Assembly (NCBI GenBank): GCA_040954595.2
Contig: CM082590.2
Location: 4,774,001-4,838,000 of the forward strand
From: Balanoglossus misakiensis
Lineage: Eukaryota; Animalia; Hemichordata
DNA length: 64,000 nucleotides
Direction of reading: 5' to 3'
The notes under the pieces are model-generated. The model searched no databases. It worked only from the letters and a program-made list of their open reading frames with translations, and was not told the origin of the DNA. Position 1 is the first letter of the stretch. Each line of letters begins with the position of its first letter. A program made the translations under genes and the position numbers. Of this stretch, positions 10,239-21,589 are shown in pieces.

Positions 10239-11469
10239 GATTATTTAGTCATTATTGATTATTACTCAAAGTTCCCAGAAGTAATAAAGCTTCCAAACAA
10301 AACAGCGAATGCAGTTTTATCCACAACAAAATCTCTATTTGCTCGTGAAGGAATCCCTGATACTGTCATTAGTGATAAAGGTCCATGTGATGACAATCAT
10401 GTGTACCGTAAATTTGCTCATGATTGGGAATTTGACCACATCAAGATCAGCCCAGGTTATTCACAATCCCATGGTCAGGTTGAAAATGCTGTAAAATCAG
10501 TCAAACGTCTGATGAAAAAGGCATATAAAAGTGGTCAAGACCCCTATGTTTCATTGCTAGAGTTTCGCAATACTCCCCTAGATGGAACAAATGGTTTATC
10601 ACCCAGTCAATTGCTTAAGAGCAGAATCCTGAAGTCCAAACTTCCTACGGCGGAAAACTTGACAAAACCTCACATAGTTCCTCCCATGACAAATCACTTG
10701 AAAGCTAGACAGCTCAAGCAGAAATACTATTATGACAGAACAGCACGTCATAATATTCCACAGCCAGTCCCAGGTCAACCAGTCAGATTTCGTAACCCAC
10801 ATGCTAAATGGGAATATGGTGTTGTAAAGGAAACACTTCCACAGCCCAGATCTGTGTTAGTTGAAAGTCAGTCTGGAAAGGTGTACAAAAGAAATCGCAG
10901 ACATATGTATCCAACATCTGAAAACCCACCACTACCAGATTTACCTGATGTTGATGAATATCTGCAGGAATCTTGTTCCAAACCTGTACGAGTTTCCAAC
11001 CGTCTTTCTGAATCCACATTTTCACTCTCCACATACCACCCCACTCAACACTACTGCCCACACAAAACTCAAACATGATCAAGTGAAAATCCGACCGGAT
11101 ATCACTACTCGTTATGGCCGAGTATCAAAAGGAAAAGTTCAATTAGATTTGTAGTTTTCTGTGTTACAAAGAATTGACTTGCATTGTATTTGAGATACAA
11201 CTTCTTTGTATTCTTGTTCTGAACTATTTTCTGATTTCCAGAGTTATATAAGAAAAATGTCCACACATTGTCAAACATCCTGAATTGTTCACACTTGTAT
11301 TACCAGTCACCCATTTGTAAAAAAAGGGGCGTGTAATGTATGTTACTTTGAATGCCTTGTACATTACTATCTGTAATACTGCCCTCTATGTTGACTTATG
11401 GTAATGAAGTGAGTTGCCTCGTTTTGGCACTCTGTTGACTAGACAGGCGTGCGGAGTCCCAATACAACA
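10239..11469 (+). mobile_element. Gypsy/Ty3 LTR retrotransposon 3' fragment (integrase, PPT, 3' LTR)
   Basis: Integrase core YLVIIDYYSKFPEV...GIPDTVISD...QSHGQVENAVK...FRNTP...SPSQLL; typical terminal TRYGRVSK in a shifted frame ending 11154; polypurine tract aaaaaaaggggcg, then a TG...CA candidate LTR at 11332-11469. Confidence 0.88.
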
Positions 11470-11794
11470 CAGGGTCAATGACAGTGAAACAGCAGACTGA
11501 TGAATTTACTGTATCCTGATTTTTTTTTTAAATATACACTTTGCTTTGTTAAGATTATTTTTTTATTGTATGCATTTCAAAGATGAAACTTTTGGTAAAC
11601 CATTATGAGATGTTATAGAATATTGAAAAGTTTACACTATTAAGATTGGACACCATTAATTATTTCAAACAATGCTGCAAAATAGACTGAAATAACTCCC
11701 ATTGACTTAACATGTATAAAAACAAAAGAATAAGTTTTTGGGGACACTTGGAGATTTGTTTTTATGTTGAAAACTCGGCGAAAAACGGGTTGTT

Positions 11795-12135
11795 TTATGC
11801 TTATTCTAACGAATATCTTACAATCCAATATATGTTTTTTAAGCTCAGATTCTGGGCTCTCTAACCCTGAAAACAGTTTTCCAAAAACCATAGAAATAAA
11901 TTCAGAGAGCCAACGATTACAATTTGTTACGATCGTATTTTGCACTCACTTCCGGGTTTCGGCCAATTGCAGACAAATACTTTTTGTTTTATGCTTATTC
12001 TAACAGTTATCTAACAATCCAATATATGGTTTTAAAGCTTAGAATCTTGGCTCTCTAACCGCTAAAACCGTTTTTCAAAAATCGTAGAATTGAAATCAGG
12101 GAGCCACCGATTACCATTTGTTATGGTCTTTTTTC
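11795..12135. repeat. Two diverged copies of a roughly 190-bp unit
   Basis: tttatgcttattctaac...caatccaatatatg...ctctctaacc at about 11795 and about 11988. Confidence 0.7.
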
Positions 12136-12215
12136 GTGTGTAGGGTTAAGTACTTAGGGATTTGGGCGACAGGCAAAATCCTCAGTTTTTTAGGTTAAGT
12201 TTACATCACTTCTGA

Positions 12216-14115
12216 CTCACTTAGAGTGGGCCGATCTTTAAAGTGTAACGTGTTTTGCAATCGTCAATTACTGTTCTAAAACATGTTAAAGACTCGAGTT
12301 GGTATCTTTTAGAATAAATTAATAGGTTTGCTAAAAATAAAGTGATGTTTAAGTGATTCTTTTGTTTTTATGCATGTTAAAGAATAGGAGAAATTATAAT
12401 ATTTGTGACCCTATCCTGATTTGTACAATGAAAGTAGCTTGAGTACTGTTTTTTTCAGGATGTATAGACATTTGAATTCTCTATGCTATAGTACATTATT
12501 TTCTTTTTTATGTAGACAAGAAGTTATGAAACTGTAATTATGAAAAATAATGTCAGTGCCCCATAGGCTTTACCCTGTAGACAACAGGGTGTCATAGGTT
12601 AAAATTTTGGAAAGTAAGAAAACATGTTGTTTAAAGCTGGTTATTTTCAGAGTGTGTAAAGAACATGATGGGATACTCCATACATTTTTTTTAAGTTGTT
12701 ACATGTACAGCAATGCCAGTAGCTATTGAGTCAAAATAGGTAATTCATATATCTCATAATGACATTTTTGTTATATTGCCATGTGTTTGCAAAGTTGCTA
12801 TAAACACTTAGCATTGTCCAATTTAAAAACAGTTTTCTGTTTTGAAAAGGATATAATAAACTTCATAACAGATTGAAGAATCAAATTGATTGTGTTAGGA
12901 ATAAGGAAGCCGCATTGTTCCAAGAAAGGCGCTGTCAATCGACAAAGTAGACAATGCTGTTTGACCCCTTTAACAGCATATATTATCACACAAAATTGAC
13001 ATTGTTTGTACCACTCTGGTTTCTTATTTATTCAGCAATGAAGTTCTCACTTTAACAATATATTAAATACATAATGTTCTTTATAATACATATGAAACAG
13101 TTTTAAAATAGGATGATTCTAAGTGTTTAAACCAACTTTGCAAACATATATTGCAATATAACAAAAATATCATTGTCAGATTTATGAATTGCCTATTTTG
13201 ACTCAATACCAATTGGCATTACTCTTCATGTAACAACTTTAAAAAACATGTATGGAGTATCCCATCATGTTCTTAACACATTCTGAAAATAACAAGCATT
13301 AAACAACATGTTTTCTTACATTCCTAAACTTTTACCTATGACACCCTGTTTTCTATATTGTAAAGCCTATTGTTCACTGACATTTTGTTTCATAATTATA
13401 CTTTTATAACTTCTTGTCTACATTGTCTCATTTAGAGTGGGCCGATCTTTAAAGTGTAATCTGTTTTGAAATCGTCCACTACGGCTCTAAAACATATTAA
13501 AGACCTGATGTGGTATCCTTAAGAATAAATTAATATTTGTGCCAATAAAAAATTGATGTCTAAGTGATTCTTTTGTTTTTATGCATGTTAAAGAATAGTA
13601 CAAATGATAAAATATAAGACCCTACCCTAAGATATACAGTGGAGATTAAGTACTGATTTTTTCATGAATAATAGACATATAAATTCTCTATTCTGGAGTA
13701 CATTAATATTTAATCAATGTAGACAAGAAGTTATAAAAGTATAATTATGAAACAAAATGTTTGTGCCCCATAGGCTTAACACTGTAGGAAACCAGGTGTC
13801 ATAGGAAAACATTTAGGAAAGTAGGAAAACATGTCGTTTAAAGCTTGTTATTTTCAGAGACTGTTAAGAACATGATGGGATACTACATACATTTTTTAAA
13901 GTTGTTACGTGTACAGTAATGCCAGTAGCTATTGATACAAACTAGGTAATTCATAAATCTCACATGGACATTTTCGTTATATTGCCACTTTATTTTTGGC
14001 ACACCAGTTGATTTATTCTTGAAGATTTCACATCGGGTCTTCAATATGTTTTAGAGTAATGATTGGCGATCTCCAAACAGGGTACACTTTTAAGATCGAC
14101 CTACTCCAAGTGTGT
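12216..14115. repeat. Cluster of direct and inverted copies of a roughly 570-bp AT-rich repeat
   Basis: 12216-12790 matches 13426-13990 directly (ttagagtgggccgatctttaaagtgtaa...); 13135-13422 is an inverted copy of about 12500-12795; 14020-14115 is an inverted copy of the unit start. Confidence 0.8.
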
Positions 14116-14197
14116 AAAATCTGATTTAATAACATGCATCCACTGTTCATGTAATACATGGGCAAGTTTAAATTAGGGACCAGTGTTTATCACTTAC

Positions 14198-14218
14198 CTT
14201 AGCTTCATTTCTCTTCAT
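14198..14218 (-). CDS. Candidate start-codon exon of gene 1 (MKRNEAK, phase-0 donor)
   Basis: 40-nt exon 14198-14237 bounded by tctacag and a consensus donor AAG|gtaagt; in-frame ATG preceded by an in-frame stop; phase compatible with the ankyrin exons. Confidence 0.35.
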
Positions 14219-14369
14219 GATTGCATTGATTCATTTCCTGTAGATTATTGTGCATGTTACAACAGATTGACTTCAAAAGTACTGTATATTAAAGTCGCCA
14301 GTACTTAGGAAGTACACCTATTGGGCAGCACTTTAAACCACTGCATCTTCTTCAAAACATGTATGTATT

Positions 14370-15530
14370 TATTGAGTGATTGGCTAATCAAGCTAACAAG
14401 GCGTTGACCCTGCTGTCAGTTGCCAGGTGGAAACTAGGGTATTTGCAATTTGAATGTCACTTCAAGGTGTTTGATGCCATGATCTTACCAATTCTCTGTT
14501 ACGGATCGGAGATTTGGGGTTTTCAGTTTTATGACATCATAGAAAAAGTGCAAAGAACATGGTGCAGAATTTTTCTAGGTGTGCCAAGGAGCACTACCAA
14601 TGAAGCTGTGATTGGAGAATGTGGGCGGTTGCCAGTGTATGTTCACACAATGAAACGTTGTATTCGTTACTGGGTGAAACTTTTTGAGATGCCACAGGAA
14701 AGACTCCCTAGGCAAGCATATTTAATGCTATGTAATCTTGACCGTTTAGGCCGTCACACCTGGGCAACATCGGTGAAACACATTTTATTTTCATATGGGT
14801 TCGGGCACGCCTGGATTTCCCAGGAAATAGGCAATAAGCGTTTGTTCCTTTCAGCATTTGAGACAAGAATTTCAGATATTTTGAAGCAACAATGGAAGTC
14901 CCACTGTTCGTCCAAAACCAAACTCCGTACATACACACTTTTTAAATCATTGTTACAGCCTGAAAAATATCTCAATGTCAACTGTACATGAAATGTCAAA
15001 CAAATTTTTGCATGTTTTCGCTGTTCTGCCCTTCCTCTTGCAATAGAGGAGGAAAGAGATCTGAACGTGGACGTTTCAGAGAGACACTGTAGGCTATGCT
15101 CTGGTGAACAAATAGAAGACGAGTATCACTTTTTACTTGTTTGCCCCTTATATGATAATCTTAGAAAACAATATATTGGTGACATTAAGAATATTAATCC
15201 TCACTTCCAAATGTTTGTAAACTTCATGAGTGCATCAGAATCCTCCAAGATTCTTTCGCTATGTAATTATGTTTACAATGCTTTTAAACTTAGAGAAACT
15301 GTGTTAAAAAAACATGAATGCATACAATAAGCTGTTAAGTTCCTCACTTTGTATCCTGAGTATGTAATTCCACACATTTGCTTTTTGATGTTGTCACTTG
15401 TACTATTTGAGTACATGTATTATTTAATTCATTTTTGTACAATCTTCTGATTACCTTTATACCCCCTTGCTTATGGGCTGGAGGCCTTGGAAAGCAATAA
15501 ACGTGCACTGTTGTGCACCTGAACTGAACA
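14370..15530 (+). mobile_element. 5'-truncated non-LTR retrotransposon (RTE-X-like LINE), ORF2 C-terminus and 3' UTR
   Basis: FDAMILPILCYGSEIWGF...ECGRLP (post-RT region); C-terminal CCHC finger ERHCRLC...EDEYHFLLVC; stop at 14991; 3' end aataaa followed by ctgaactgaac. Confidence 0.85.
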
Positions 15531-15791
15531 ACAACAACAACCAGACAAACAAACAATCAATCAACAACAAAAACATAATTATTCACCCCAGGAAAATCAG
15601 TTTAGAGCCAAAAGTACTATTTCTTCTCTATAATCAGAAAAGTTGTTTGTACTTAGTTGAGTCATCAGCCTTTATATTCTGGTTTAGAAAACCGGAACAT
15701 ACGAGCATGTTTCCCCATTCTGAGCGTTTATGGCCTTTAAATTTTCACAATTGATGGTGCTGGACATACACTGAATAAATTCAGACGTTAC

Positions 15792-16202
15792 CTGCATCTG
15801 CAGTGCAGTTCTTCGTCCCTGCCTGAGCAGCAGTGGTACCAAAACCAGCACAGGCCACGTTGCTGGTGACGTCATCATCCGTCACTGTGATTGAACCACA
15901 GACTTTGGTGTAGGCGGCGCACTTAGCAGCGTCGAGGGTAAGTGACGCGACTAGATCGGCGTAGCTTCCGGACACCGTTACTGCTGTCCCGCCAGGTGCT
16001 TTGCTCCCAGTCGCGGTCACTTCGGTTGATTTCGTGGAGCCATCGGCATTGCTGAAATACACTTTGACGTCACTAGGCGACCCGCCATTTCCAGTTACTG
16101 TATATGCCAATGTGAAAGTGGTGGGGACGGCTTCTCCAACGCGGAATACCCCACTTGCAGGAGCAGGCGATGTTACCGTCAATGTCGAAGCAGCAATATC
16201 AT
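15792..16202 (-). CDS. Orphan phase 1-1 exon encoding a 137-aa Thr/Ala/Ser/Gly-rich beta-sandwich-like extracellular-type domain with 4 Cys
   Basis: Polypyrimidine acceptor tcttcctttttag|AT GAT ATT, donor G|gtaacg; 411 bp open and GC-richer than its flanks; motif KCAAYTKVCGSITVTDDDVTSNVAC...GTKNC. Confidence 0.75.
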
Positions 16203-16445
16203 CTAAAAAGGAAGACACGGTGTTGCTCAGTTACTTTGCACTTTCATTTGTGTTTCAAATTTAAATGGAGAAAGTCTCTCTCTCGCCGCCATCGTACCAA
16301 TTTGCACTGGTTTGGTCTGAGGGTCTCGTATAGGCCCTACTGATTAACACACACTTGGCAGTCTAACAGGCCTGGAAGCCAGGATTCTAGGCACCCTGGA
16401 AATCAAACCAGTTTCAACCGACTTGGCAGTGTTAGGGTTAATTAA

Positions 16446-17826
16446 AGGGACAAAATCACTCTCTCGATGCCCTTTTTTCCATTAATTATGTTTGATACAC
16501 CGTTTATGTTATTCTATATGTAGTGCAGGAGCTAAACCCCATATTTTGACATAATTGTGCACTTTGGGTTAAAAGCATGAAACTTGGTACACTTATGCAT
16601 TGACCCATGGCGGCCATTTTCTGATATGGATCCAAAATTACAGCGCCCTCTAGTGGCCAGAAACAGACATTCATACTTTAAAATTGTGCACTTTGGGTTA
16701 AAAGCATGAAATTTGGTACAATTATTCATTGACCCATGGCGGACATTTTCCAATATGGATCCCAAAAGACAGCGCCCTCTAGTGGCTAGAAACTGACATT
16801 TACACTTTTCCCTCCATTAATGACACTTTTTGGGCAAGTTTAACACTCAGAGACAGGAATGTGGGTTGTAAAACATGCTTGCTACCATACATTCCTTTGA
16901 ATATTATCCTAATCCTGATGAACATGCATCAGATCAATCTTGTATGTTACTAATTGAATGATTTGTTCTTCGAAATATCAACCAGTTTAATACACAAAGT
17001 CATGCAAAGGGGTAATACAACACCTCTTCTCCAGAAAGTCAAGGGTTCTCGAGAATACAGGCAGCTCCTAAAGAACATGTGCTGTGAGAAACCTAGCAAA
17101 GCTATATCAAACCAACAGAATCCCAGTGGAAATCAAGTTGGACAACTCTTAGTCAAGCCCAAGAAAAGAGTCAACCTCAGGAAATCAGTGGCCAAAAGTC
17201 ATGCACATGTTTCTGTAGGTGCTTTAGGTCTAGTCTGACAGCAGTGGTCATTGTTACTGTGAAGGAAGATGTAATCAAGATTGATCTGATACATGTATAT
17301 CAGGATTAGGATAATATACACATGAATGTATGGTAGCAAGCATGTTTTACAACCCACATTCCTGTTTCTGAGTGTTACAAATGACCAAAAAGTGTCATTA
17401 ATGGGGGGAAAATGTGAATGTCAGTTTCTAGCCACAAGAGGGCGCTGTCATATTGGATCCATATCAGAAAATGGCCGCCATGGGTCAATGCATAAGTGTA
17501 CCAAGTTTCATGCTTTTAACCCAAAGTGCACGATTTTTTTTGTTAACTGCCCCACTAATGTGGATATATAGTGAATAAACGTTCAACCACACACATCTTC
17601 CATCCCGTTTGAAAGATAGGAGAGTAAAAATCTCGCCAAAATGTATAAATGGTAAACACTGATTATTCATTTTGGTGAGTTTTTCACTCGCGTGTCTGCA
17701 AGTGGGATGGAAGTTGTGTGTGGTCGAACGTTGATTCACTATATATCCACATGTAGAATAATATAAACAGTGTCTCTTATCAAATATTAATAATGGAAAA
17801 AGGGCAGCGATGGACACTTTGTCCCT
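16446..17826. mobile_element. Kolobok-type fold-back MITE interrupted by a second inverted-repeat element
   Basis: ttaa|agggacaaaat...actttgtccct; same family as 25009-25352. Confidence 0.75.
16521..17557. mobile_element. Non-autonomous element with roughly 260-bp inverted arms and a 3-bp target duplication (atg)
   Basis: atg|tagtg...ccacta|atg; 16680-16942 is the reverse complement of 17277-17535; the left arm has an extra copy of about 128 bp; the empty site is seen in sister MITE copies. Confidence 0.75.
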
Positions 17827-20350
17827 TCAACAAAGTTTAAAGATAAAACGTCCACCAAGTTCACGTAAAGCAAATGTTGAAGTTATCAATGCAGATATTT
17901 AACAGAAAGACCAAAGCATCTGATCCATCACGGCGATACTAAGTATCACGACAGTGGCGATATTTCGTTATGACAGCTGCAGTATGGTACCTAAGCAAAA
18001 CAACTGGATTTTGAAACCTACCCCATTTGTCAGCTTCAGTGTTACAACCAGTGATGTATTTGGAAGTTGTCTTCAATGCAGAAGTGCGCGAACTACTGAG
18101 ACGATAGCAACAGAACTCTATATAGATAAACAGTGCAACAAAGGCACGTGATGAAAGCGTTTTGCATAACAAGACTGATTGGTTCGTTGCCCGAGATATA
18201 CTTTCTGGGTTATACCGTACTATAAAGTGCACCTTTGAGTTTGGTGACCGTGATTACAATTATGAAGTCGCGGTTTGATGAGCACGTCATTGTAAAAGAA
18301 ACCGCGCCAGGCTCAACAAACACCATTGTTTGAAATGCATTGTTTTGTGAGATAAACCACACAGATGACTGACCTTCATCAAAAGAATGACCGACAACAC
18401 ATACAGAAAGAATGAAAAAAGTAGTTCCTTTCAATACACCGCATCACTCATAAAGATAACTTCTGTACGGCACAGATCACGCGCAGAGGTCATGAAGTTC
18501 TACATATTCTTCTACATGTTCTTTGTCTCTGGCGTTCCATGCGTCAGATTTCGCCAGTAGAGAAGTTGTATTCAGCTAAACACATTCTTCATGGCTTTAT
18601 CAATTGAGTCTGTGTTTTCTATTCAATTGATGTTAATGGTGTTCGACTAGAAACAGTTCTACACCACCTGCACAAGATGATTGGTTTAGAAAACAAGAAT
18701 GCAGTCAGCTTCATAATGCTAAAACATAACAAAAAGTATCAATCAGATATAAGTCGTTTGTTTTTTTAATTTACATTACTTTCGTCAGATTCATTAAAGG
18801 CACATAAGCTGCAACTTTTTGGGATAATTATCATAATTTTTGTTTCACACTGTACTACCATTAGTCCATGCAGATGAAGGCAGTGAACTATACACAGGCA
18901 TCATGAACCCTAAATATGAGTGCATGTGCAACCAGCGAATAAATGATATGTGGCGAAGAATGGAGGGGGTGGGTGTGGGAGGGGGTGTCCAGAATAAAAG
19001 CTATCCCATTACCCATTAATCACCTGCTAACGACTTAATCTGTGTTCCCCATCCACGGATTAAATTGATAAAGTAAACATCGGTCAGCGAGTACTGGGTA
19101 TACTTTATCCACTATAAAGAGCTCTGTATTTAATAAAATTTTCTAACATGGGAGGGGGGCACCCACTCCCAAACCCACCCTACCAATTCTACTAACTATA
19201 GTAATGACGTGTCCTTTTAATTTTTTCATATATTAATTTAATTATTTTAATTTATTCACGTATGCACATTTCCATTGTAAGTCATTCACCACCAGAACAT
19301 CTGATTTTTTTGGCTCAATTTCTCATATTGTCAAGACTAACAGCAATATTGCATTTTCCTTTAAGATATATAGTCCCATTCGTTTCTACAACTACCAGTG
19401 TCGCTAGTACTTTAAAAAACTACATTTCAACCCACATTAAATCTGTTCTGGCTATTGAAACAAAAACCATATTCACGGCCAAAAACGAATATCACTCACA
19501 ATTTTTCTAATCTTTAAATAAATGCCATTACTACTAAAAGCGAACACATCACATACAGTTATTCTAATCCTTGAATACATATGTTATTACAAATAAACAT
19601 GAAAACATCAGCTAAAATGAAAATTTACAAAAACGAGGGAATTTCCCTAAATCCGTCATTTCAAGACTGAAAACAAAAAAATGCCCCTCGTACGGCAGAT
19701 TTTGATGATCAAGACTAAAAATAATGATGTACAGCTCTTTGTTGTAAACAATAATTTGAATGACAAAAAAAATTATAACATTTTGTTGTAAAAAAAAACA
19801 GAAAAAATAACAAAGTGATCCACTTTATTTCTCTATAATAAGCACTGATGTATATTGCTGATCATTTGTTGTGGCTTGTAAACTCAACATGCCACTTTCT
19901 TTGTATTTAACCAATTACACTCACTTCATTTGGCCAATCTTGTGATGTTGACATGGCGTCATTTTCGTCAGTCATTTTCTTTGCAATTATCCAGTAAACC
20001 CACTTTTATTGGATGCAGCTTAAATGTTTTTCTTTGATCTTGTCGTCTTCAGTTGTGTCATCTCTATCAGCATTTTCTCTCATTTGGCTTTTGGAACATT
20101 TTCTGTGTCAATAACGTTTCTGTAGCTTTATCCGTCAACTTCAAATTCTCTAATTCAACCGTCGTAACATTTTCTGAATGACGTTGTTTGTTTAAGATTT
20201 ATATCCTTGGTCTCGTATCGTGTTATCTTCAGTTGTGTCACCTCTACCGATATTTTCTCCCATTCAACTGTTGAAACATTTTCTGTGTCAATGTTGTTTG
20301 TATGGCATTATCATTCTTCCACTCCAACATCCTTATCTTCAACTCCATAA

Positions 20351-21589
20351 CTATTCCAGAGAGTCGTAATCTGTGGCTGCTGATTGTTCCTTGCTATGGC
20401 TTGACACACCCAGCCTTTTGAACATTTCATGGATTACACCCTGGGCATCTGGTCTGCTTCTTTCTTTCTGGTTCAATGCTGACAACAAAGAGGAGAAATT
20501 ACTCCGATAGAATTTCTTTCCTTCTGTTGACACTGCACTACGGAGTGTACCATCTGCGCTCCTTTTAGACCACTCGGATATGACGAACAGTGTCATTGAC
20601 ATCGGTTTGTCTTCCCAACCTTCAACTTCCTTGTACCAGATCCCCAACATGTCTGCCAAAGCTTTGTAGTCAAAACCAATGGGTCGTCTGACATCCATTA
20701 ATATGGCGAACTCTTTGAGGGCATCCTTCAGCATCCACTTGACATCACTTTCATATCCATATTTATGGAGGAATGTGATATCATATCCAGCACAGAGCAA
20801 GTCAGTGACAGCTTCTTCTTGACCTGTTTGCTCATCATACACTCCACTTCCATTCTGCTCAGCTTCTGTGATTTTCTGCATTGGGTAGAATCTGACATTC
20901 TCTGGGTTGCTGTGAATTCGCAGCGAGTGGGCGCTGAGAATATGGGTGTCGACCTCGATACCCGGACAGCAGATCTCTATGACGTCATAGATATCATTGG
21001 TCACCATTTCCAGTAACTGGTAACACGCCCCTATGTCTTCTCCCTTTTCTGCTCTGACACAGGTGTGGATTGCCGTCCATCCATCTGTCATGTACACCAA
21101 TCCTTCTACGATGTGGCAGACTTTGATACCATTCTTCCATATTCCACTGGGAGGGTAACCCATTTCCTCAAAGTGACGGTAGAGCCTGGTCTGTAGGCGT
21201 GGGAACAAACCTGGTGTGAAGCTGTCTGTTTCATCATGGCATTCGATTCTTCTACCAAAATAGTGATGCTTAGTTGGACCCGATTCCCATTGATTTGCTG
21301 GCATTTTATCTTCCAAGAGTCCAGGGATGATGTAAGATTTTGGATTGGACTCATCTTCATGGAGAAGCTCAAAATGCTTGAGAAGAGCCATGACTAAGTT
21401 GGCATCACCGTAACCACTGAATACTCGAGCGATTTCCTCCTCGTTGTAGAACTTCTGATTTTTCTGCAGTTTGTCGCTGTATTGAACGAAGATATCAGTT
21501 GCCATCAGTCGACCCAAGATTTCTGAACACAACCATTGACCATCAAGAACAATGATATCATCACCAAGTGGATTCTTGACAAAGATAAT
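20351..21589 (-). CDS. ROCO terminal exon: COR domain and death domain (412 aa + stop)
   Basis: ORF 20351-21610; acceptor ttgcag|ATT; WLCSEILGRL, YIIPGLL, FGRRIEC, death-domain helices. Confidence 0.95.
   Translation of the reverse strand: MIFVKNPLGDDIIVLDGQWLCSEILGRLMATDIFVQYSDKLQKNQKFYNEEEIARVFSGYGDANLVMALLKHFELLHEDESNPKSYIIPGLLEDKMPANQWESGPTKHHYFGRRIECHDETDSFTPGLFPRLQTRLYRHFEEMGYPPSGIWKNGIKVCHIVEGLVYMTDGWTAIHTCVRAEKGEDIGACYQLLEMVTNDIYDVIEICCPGIEVDTHILSAHSLRIHSNPENVRFYPMQKITEAEQNGSGVYDEQTGQEEAVTDLLCAGYDITFLHKYGYESDVKWMLKDALKEFAILMDVRRPIGFDYKALADMLGIWYKEVEGWEDKPMSMTLFVISEWSKRSADGTLRSAVSTEGKKFYRSNFSSLLSALNQKERSRPDAQGVIHEMFKRLGVSSHSKEQSAATDYDSLE

Noticed and set aside
18492-18560. Plus-strand MKFYIFFYMFFVSGVPC signal-peptide-like ORF
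   Set aside because: Stops after 22 codons, with no donor or downstream plus-strand exon identified.
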